NCBI GenBank assembly: GCA_040218735.1
Contig: JAVJQW010000014.1
Coordinates: forward strand, 1-11,295
Direction: 5' to 3'
DNA length: 11,295 nucleotides
From: Deltaproteobacteria bacterium
Lineage (GTDB): Bacteria > Myxococcota > Kuafuiibacteriia > Kuafuiibacteriales > Kuafuiibacteriaceae
Under the pieces are notes generated by a model that did no database searches, was not told where the DNA came from, and saw only the letters and a list, made by a program, of their open reading frames with translations. The first letter of the stretch is position 1; each line of letters begins with the position of its first letter. Position numbers and translations under genes: made by a program. This document shows, one piece after another, positions 6,214-11,295 of the stretch.

Positions 6214-7338
6214 GTGGGCATTCTCGCGACGCTTTATCGGCTCGCTCGGAGCGGAAAGAGCCACGAGGAAGACGCGCTGACGGAGATCCTGCGTCACCTC
6301 CTCGAAGAAGACCATGAGGTCCTGCGCGAGTTCGTGAAGGCACTTCGATTTCCGCGCAGAACGGGCATACCGTCATCGCGTCGGGGCGGACCGACCGTCC
6401 AGACTCAGGTGAGTGAGCCCGACCCCTTCGGAGGCCACTGTCGCTACGACCTCTTGTTCACGTGGCCCACAGGCGTTCGCCTCATCGTCGAAGTGAAAGT
6501 CGGCGCCGGCCTAACGATGAAGGCGGTCTTGGATGCCGACGGTGAGGCGGAAGCCGTCGACCAACTGCACCGCTACCTCGCACTCGCTCGTGGCGAGCCC
6601 ATGACGTTCGTGGCCTCGCTCGGTATCAGAACGGTCGATCTTCCAGGTTCAGTGACCGACGACGAGCGGTTCATCGGCGCTTTGTCGTGGCAACAACTGC
6701 ATGACTTCGTCTGGCGGGTCCTCGATAGGGACCCGACGGACCCTTCGTCGACGCTGCGCCGGGAGTGGGTCGACCTGTTGGAGGAAACGAAATTGGCAAC
6801 GGCACCACTCACCTTCGAGGGCCTGACCTCGGTCTACAAGTATAACGTCTTCCACGAGGCCTTCGGCGAAGCGCTCAATGCAGCTGTCGATCGAATCGCG
6901 GAGGAAGGCCTCCTCGAGCCCTTCGAACGACCGACTGACAGCAAGTGGCAGGAGGCGTACGAACGAATTGGCTATCGGCTCTTCGTCGACAGAGATCGAA
7001 GCCGGATGGCCTTTGTCGGCCTGTGGCACGGGGACGGTACGGTGCACCACGAGATCCCGGACCTCTACTTCTTCTATGAGGTAGCGAAGGACTCTTCGGC
7101 TGCGAAGTTCATCGATGGACGAGCGGCCGAGATCGTCACGATGCTCGACGCCCTCGAAACGCCCTCAGGAGGCAAGTGGAGCTTCGAGCCTGGCGGCTAC
7201 CAGACCATTCAGTGCGCGACGAGCATGGTCGAGGTCGTTCGCCAACCAGACCCCGCTGAAGCGATTGCAGACTTCTTCGTCGGCTGCCTCCGTGCTTCGG
7301 GCCCACGACAGGTCTTCTTCCAAGCTCTCGAACAGTGA
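6214..7338 (+). CDS. PD-(D/E)XK nuclease superfamily protein (PDDEXK_4-like N-terminus, unknown C-terminus)
   Basis: EDALTEILRHLL, VQTQ, RYDLLF, LIVEVKV, DQLHRY and LSWQQL motifs. SD GAGGAG at 6198-6203 precedes the GTG. Confidence 0.82.
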   Translation: MGILATLYRLARSGKSHEEDALTEILRHLLEEDHEVLREFVKALRFPRRTGIPSSRRGGPTVQTQVSEPDPFGGHCRYDLLFTWPTGVRLIVEVKVGAGLTMKAVLDADGEAEAVDQLHRYLALARGEPMTFVASLGIRTVDLPGSVTDDERFIGALSWQQLHDFVWRVLDRDPTDPSSTLRREWVDLLEETKLATAPLTFEGLTSVYKYNVFHEAFGEALNAAVDRIAEEGLLEPFERPTDSKWQEAYERIGYRLFVDRDRSRMAFVGLWHGDGTVHHEIPDLYFFYEVAKDSSAAKFIDGRAAEIVTMLDALETPSGGKWSFEPGGYQTIQCATSMVEVVRQPDPAEAIADFFVGCLRASGPRQVFFQALEQ

Positions 7339-7434
7339 GCACTCGGTCACAGCCCGTTCATGGCCGCGCTGGGGGCCGAACTGCGGACACGACCGCCTTC
7401 AACCATTCGACAAGCTGCCGACTCAACGTCCGCC

Positions 7435-9117
7435 TCAGAACGACAGGGCGGGACCGGCGCTCGCAACCGAGAGCCCAGCACCATCACCGACGTTCGTCGT
7501 GTTCCCATAACCCAGGCGCCCAGAGCCTCCGTTGCCCCAGCAGTACACCTCGTCCGCCGCCGTGACCGCGCACGTGTGGCGCCCCGGTAGCGTCGACAGT
7601 GCCACGTGCGTCGCCGCGGCGCCAAGGGCGACGACTCCGGCCATCGCGACGTCCAGCCCGACGCCATCCCCCACGTTGTCCGTGTTGCCGTAGCCCAGGC
7701 GACCGTCGCCTCCGTCGCCCCAGCACCGAAGACCGCCGGTGGCAAGGATGGCGCAGGTGTGGCTGTGTCCGGTCGCGATCCGCGAGACCGACTCGCCGAC
7801 TGGGACGTCTCCAGCAACAGGGATACTCGGGCCGATGCCATCGTTCACGTTGGTCGTGTTGTTGTAGCCGAGCTGCCCGGATGCGTTGCGTCCCCAACAG
7901 CGAACTCGCCCCCCCGACAGAAGCGCACAGTCGTGGGTGTCGCCGGAGACGAGGTCGACGGCGGGCTCACCGACGTTGATGCTGCGGAAGATCGTCTGGT
8001 CAGTGCCATCGATGCCGCCGTCCCAACACTCGATCGCACCGGTCGCGAGCAGCGCGCAGCGATGCGTGATGACCATCGCTGGGCCGGACAGTGCCAAGTC
8101 GCCAGCAGTGATGATCGATGGGCCCGTGCCGTTGCCTATCGCGGGGGTGGAGCCGTGACCGTGTTCGCCGGTGACACTCGTTCCCCAGCAGCGGACGGAT
8201 CCGGTTGTGAGGAGCGAGCAGGTCACATCGTTGTGCGTTTGGACCTGCGCGACGAGGCCACCGACTGGGACGTCACCCGCGAGGGTGATGCGACGACTCG
8301 GATCGTCGCCGACGTTCTCCGTGTCGTTGTAACCAAGCGCCCCGCGGAAGCCAGCTCCCCAGCACCTCAAGCGGCCATCGTTGTAGACCGCGCAGGTGTG
8401 GAAGCGACCGAGCGCAGCATCGACGACGACCTCGCCGAAGCCGGTGTCGACTTCACCGACGTCTTGGACGGAGGGCCCAACGCCGTCCCCAACGTCGGTC
8501 GTATTGTCGTAGCCAAGCTGCCCGGAACCGTTCTCGCCCCAGCAGCGGAGCCGTCCGAGCTCGTTCAGCGCACACGAATGAGAGTCGCCCACGAAGACGC
8601 GCGGTTTGACCTGGAAGAAGACGTCTACCGAAGCATCCGAGCCGAGCGTCGTCGCGCACACCTCAGCGCGGTTACAAGGCAGAGACCAACCGCCGACGCG
8701 AGACGTCCTGGTCGGATTCGCCTGCAGCTGGATCTCCACACCTTCGGGGAACTCGGCATCGCATGTCCCGGGGCAGTCGATGCCCGGCGGCAAAGAGACA
8801 ACGCGACCCGCGCCGCCTCCGGCGATGGTCAGTGAGAGCGTGTGCATGACGGCGGGGCCAGCGTCTCGCGCTCCCGCGTCGGACGCCTCGCCTCCATCGC
8901 GCAGCTCTCCAGCGTCGCGTTGTTGTTCGCCCGCGTCGCGAGTGCCCGCATCGGTCTGGCCGGCGTCCGACGCACGCGCGTCGCCGGCACCAGCATCACG
9001 AATCGAAGCATCACGCCCACCGCCGTCGGGCTCGCCGAGCGGGTAACGAAGTGGCTCGCACGCCATCGTGACGACGAGCGCGAAGAAGAGGCTCTGCCAA
9101 CGCATCGCGTGCCTCAT
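7435..9117 (-). CDS. RCC1/BLIP-II-repeat beta-propeller lipoprotein with DAG linker and one small beta-repeat (InlB-B/Flg_new-like) domain
   Basis: Lipobox VTMA-C, DAG repeats, domain GAGRVVSLPPGIDCPGTCDAEF...GWSLPC, and seven HxC...CWG.N..GQLG-type repeats (the fourth is degenerate). Alternative start is ATG 9105. Confidence 0.9.
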   Translation of the reverse strand: MRHAMRWQSLFFALVVTMACEPLRYPLGEPDGGGRDASIRDAGAGDARASDAGQTDAGTRDAGEQQRDAGELRDGGEASDAGARDAGPAVMHTLSLTIAGGGAGRVVSLPPGIDCPGTCDAEFPEGVEIQLQANPTRTSRVGGWSLPCNRAEVCATTLGSDASVDVFFQVKPRVFVGDSHSCALNELGRLRCWGENGSGQLGYDNTTDVGDGVGPSVQDVGEVDTGFGEVVVDAALGRFHTCAVYNDGRLRCWGAGFRGALGYNDTENVGDDPSRRITLAGDVPVGGLVAQVQTHNDVTCSLLTTGSVRCWGTSVTGEHGHGSTPAIGNGTGPSIITAGDLALSGPAMVITHRCALLATGAIECWDGGIDGTDQTIFRSINVGEPAVDLVSGDTHDCALLSGGRVRCWGRNASGQLGYNNTTNVNDGIGPSIPVAGDVPVGESVSRIATGHSHTCAILATGGLRCWGDGGDGRLGYGNTDNVGDGVGLDVAMAGVVALGAAATHVALSTLPGRHTCAVTAADEVYCWGNGGSGRLGYGNTTNVGDGAGLSVASAGPALSF

Positions 9118-11294
9118 GGTGCCTCCGGGAGGCGCATACGTTCACGCCCGGCGAAGTGGCGAGCGCGCCCTTCGAGCGCGCTCTCTTGTTCCATCGGTCG
9201 TTGAATGACGTTGGGGAGGCGGTCCACGTCGTCCGTGAACACCTCCAGCTCCCGCTTCGCCCGGGAGATGGCGACGTACCAGTTTTCGTAGCCGACGAGG
9301 TTCTTCTCGGCGGTGTCGATGTGCACGAGCGCGCGACCGCGCGTCTGCCCTTGCGCGCCGTGGGCGGTGACCGCCCAAGCGTGGTCCCAGTGACGTTGGG
9401 TTTCGAGGTTCAGCATCTGACGTTCGGGTGGGCCGTTCTTCGACGCGACGTCGACCGCCGCAACGCGGCCATCCTCCGAGAGTGCGACGACGGTCGCAAG
9501 CGCGCCGTTGCGTCGACAGAACGTCTTGTCGTTGCGCGTCCACCGGATGCGATCGCCGACGGCGAGGCGGCGCTCCTCGGCGCGGTACACCTCAACGTTC
9601 GCGTGACGGTGCGGTTGCCATGTGACACGTCGGCCGGTGGTGTCCTCGAGGACGACTTTGTTCTTCGGGAGGTCCGTCGAGACCACCCGCAGCGTGTCAC
9701 CCGATCGAACGGACAGGCGCTTGTAGTTCCGGCCGAAGCGCACGACGTCACCGACGTCGTAGTACGCGGACTCGCGGGTCTGCGCGTCCGTGAAGCCGCG
9801 CGAGACGAAGACCTCGGCACGCTGCTCGTCGCCGACGAGGACGCCGTCGCGGCGCAGGCCCTGGCGGATGCGCTCGTTGAGCTCGATGCGATCCTTGTTC
9901 GAAGGGGTGAGGACGATGGTGTCGTCGCGCGCCTCGGGTCGGTTCAGGAAGGCATCGGCGACGGCCTGCAGGCGGTCGGTGCGGGTGCCGATCGAGACGA
10001 CGCGGCCGGCGAGCTTGTCGAGGGCCTCGGCCTCGTTGCGTCGGATCGTGGCGTAGACGGCTTCGCGGAGGACGCCCTCCTCCTGGCGAAGCACCTCCTG
10101 CATGGTGGCGTGGGTCAGACCCCGCCGCTTCAGGAGCCGGAAGGCCTGGCCCGCGGCGATGGACGGTAGCTGCGCCTCGTCGCCGACGAGGACGACCCGC
10201 GCCCCGTGGCGCTCGGCGGCGCGGAGCAGGCGACGGGCATCGTCGTTACCCATCATCGACACCTCGTCGACGACCCAGACCTGCTTGCGGTCCGGGGTCG
10301 GGTCCTCGCGATTCACGTCGATGAGGAGCTGCGCAAGCGTGCGGCTCGCGATGCCGGCGTCCTCCTCGAGGAGGTGCGCCGCGTTCGCGGAGGGGGCCGC
10401 GCCGAGGACCTCGAAGCCCTGCCCCTCCGCGAGCTCGCGGAAGGTCTTCAAAGCGAAGGTCTTGCCGGTGCCCGCATAGCCCTGCACGCCGGTCACGCGA
10501 TCTTGCGTGGTGAGGGCGAGCTTCACCGCATCGCCCTGCCCTTCCGTCAGGCCGCGCGCGGCGGTCTGCGCTTCGACGATCTCGGGCGACACGATCGGCT
10601 CGACGGTCTGGCGCCCGCGCTCGACCAGGTCGACGAGGTCGCGCTCCGTGGCGAGCGCCTTCGGCGTGGTGAAGTAGCGATCGAGGTCGCCATCCTTCTT
10701 GATCGCCGGCGTGGCACCGAGGAGGCGGCCGTCCTGCTTCATCGCTTCGATCGCGGCAAAGACACTCGCCGAGTCCTCGAGGCGACCGACGCCCAGCTGC
10801 AGCGCGTGCTTCTTCAGGTCGCGTTCGGCGATGACGGTCGAGCGTTCGGTGAGGTGCTGCAGCGCATGCTCGACGGCGCGCTCCGCGTTCGCGAGCTCGT
10901 CGGCGCCGGCGTCCCGTTGGGTGACTTCGCGAATCGGTGGCGACGTCAGTTCGAGCGCGCGCGCCTCGCGCGCCCACAGCGCGTGCAGATCGTCGGGGTG
11001 CATCTTCCTCTTCGAGGCGCGTGTCATCAGGTTCGCGCGCTCGGCCGCACGCGCGCCGGCCTCACCACGTTGCTGCATCGCCTCTTCGATCTGCGCGCGG
11101 CGCTTCGAGAAGTGCTCGAGGTGCTCGGGCGTGTAGCCCGCGATCTCGAAGTGACCGAGGCTGTTCGTGCGCGTGACGTCGTAGCCGAGCGCGCGCAGGC
11201 GCGACGACAGCTCAACGCGATAGATCGCGTCCGCCGCCGCGCGGCCGTCGTACAGACCGCGGTTGTCGAGGGCACGCCACGCGCCGTCGGAGCG
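9114..11294 (-). CDS. MOBF (TrwC/TraI-like) conjugative relaxase-helicase, 5'-partial
   Basis: Frame stays open to the window edge: DGAWRALDN..YRVELSSRLRALGY..FEIAG..HFSKRRAQIEE is the end of a TrwC relaxase domain. SF1B helicase motifs follow: GYAGTGKT, VVDEVSM, VGDEAQL, TAHGAQGQT, YVAISRAK. Confidence 0.93.
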   Translation of the reverse strand, partial: RSDGAWRALDNRGLYDGRAAADAIYRVELSSRLRALGYDVTRTNSLGHFEIAGYTPEHLEHFSKRRAQIEEAMQQRGEAGARAAERANLMTRASKRKMHPDDLHALWAREARALELTSPPIREVTQRDAGADELANAERAVEHALQHLTERSTVIAERDLKKHALQLGVGRLEDSASVFAAIEAMKQDGRLLGATPAIKKDGDLDRYFTTPKALATERDLVDLVERGRQTVEPIVSPEIVEAQTAARGLTEGQGDAVKLALTTQDRVTGVQGYAGTGKTFALKTFRELAEGQGFEVLGAAPSANAAHLLEEDAGIASRTLAQLLIDVNREDPTPDRKQVWVVDEVSMMGNDDARRLLRAAERHGARVVLVGDEAQLPSIAAGQAFRLLKRRGLTHATMQEVLRQEEGVLREAVYATIRRNEAEALDKLAGRVVSIGTRTDRLQAVADAFLNRPEARDDTIVLTPSNKDRIELNERIRQGLRRDGVLVGDEQRAEVFVSRGFTDAQTRESAYYDVGDVVRFGRNYKRLSVRSGDTLRVVSTDLPKNKVVLEDTTGRRVTWQPHRHANVEVYRAEERRLAVGDRIRWTRNDKTFCRRNGALATVVALSEDGRVAAVDVASKNGPPERQMLNLETQRHWDHAWAVTAHGAQGQTRGRALVHIDTAEKNLVGYENWYVAISRAKRELEVFTDDVDRLPNVIQRPMEQESALEGRARHFAGRERMRLPEAP

Positions 11295-11295
11295 T

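Larger units (their letters stand above)
453..11295. mobile_element. Probable cargo segment of a conjugative/mobilisable element (ICE, IME or plasmid); boundaries not visible
   Basis: MOBF relaxase, mixed-orientation accessory genes and no housekeeping genes. No integrase, att site or oriT identified in the window. Confidence 0.55.

Noticed and set aside
5287-6315. N-terminal 343 aa of the 492-aa minus-strand ORF 4837..6315
   Set aside because: Antisense shadow of the lipoprotein and nuclease genes. Only the last 149 aa (from ATG 5286) look like a real protein.
7339-7434. Expected bidirectional terminator between convergent genes
   Set aside because: No convincing stem-loop with a U-tract found.
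7440-8600. Recurring DNA similarity (for example gttgtagccgagctgccc-like units) as a possible CRISPR array or DGR repeat
   Set aside because: Explained by RCC1 protein repeats. No constant repeat-spacer period, no cas or reverse-transcriptase gene, and no adenine-specific TR/VR pattern noticed.
7606-10169. Long + strand ORFs 7606..8835 and 9156..10169
   Set aside because: Antisense shadows of the RCC1 lipoprotein and the relaxase.
9114-11295. oriT/nic site and catalytic Tyr/HUH motifs of the relaxase
   Set aside because: These would lie at or upstream of the gene's 5' end, outside the window, so relaxase activity cannot be confirmed here.

Overview
High-GC DNA, probably from a myxobacterium (Myxococcota), inferred from two lipoproteins with Asp-Ala-Gly (DAG) repeat linkers and a Cys-rich surface protein. 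The right end holds the 3' part of a MOBF/TrwC-type relaxase-helicase (minus strand, runs off the window), so the window is probably cargo of a conjugative or mobilisable element. Directly downstream is an RCC1/BLIP-II beta-propeller lipoprotein. The next ~7 kb holds five predicted nucleases: a Schlafen/AlbA_2 protein, an Rpn-like PD-(D/E)XK protein, an Mrr-like REase fusion, a Zn-finger HNH-like protein and a PDDEXK_4-like nuclease. Between them lie a GNAT-fold protein and surface proteins. Best leads: (i) two different nucleases, each fused to a similar Ig-like C-terminal domain (possible phage sensors); (ii) an in-frame internal SD+ATG in the Rpn-like gene (RpnS-type intragenic antitoxin), heading a tight operon with the GNAT and Cys-rich genes; (iii) a ~295-nt nested-hairpin non-coding element at 134-427 with six pentamers in mirror order at its apex; (iv) a beta-clamp-binding-like motif on the HNH protein. 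All family calls come from motif recognition by eye, not database searches.
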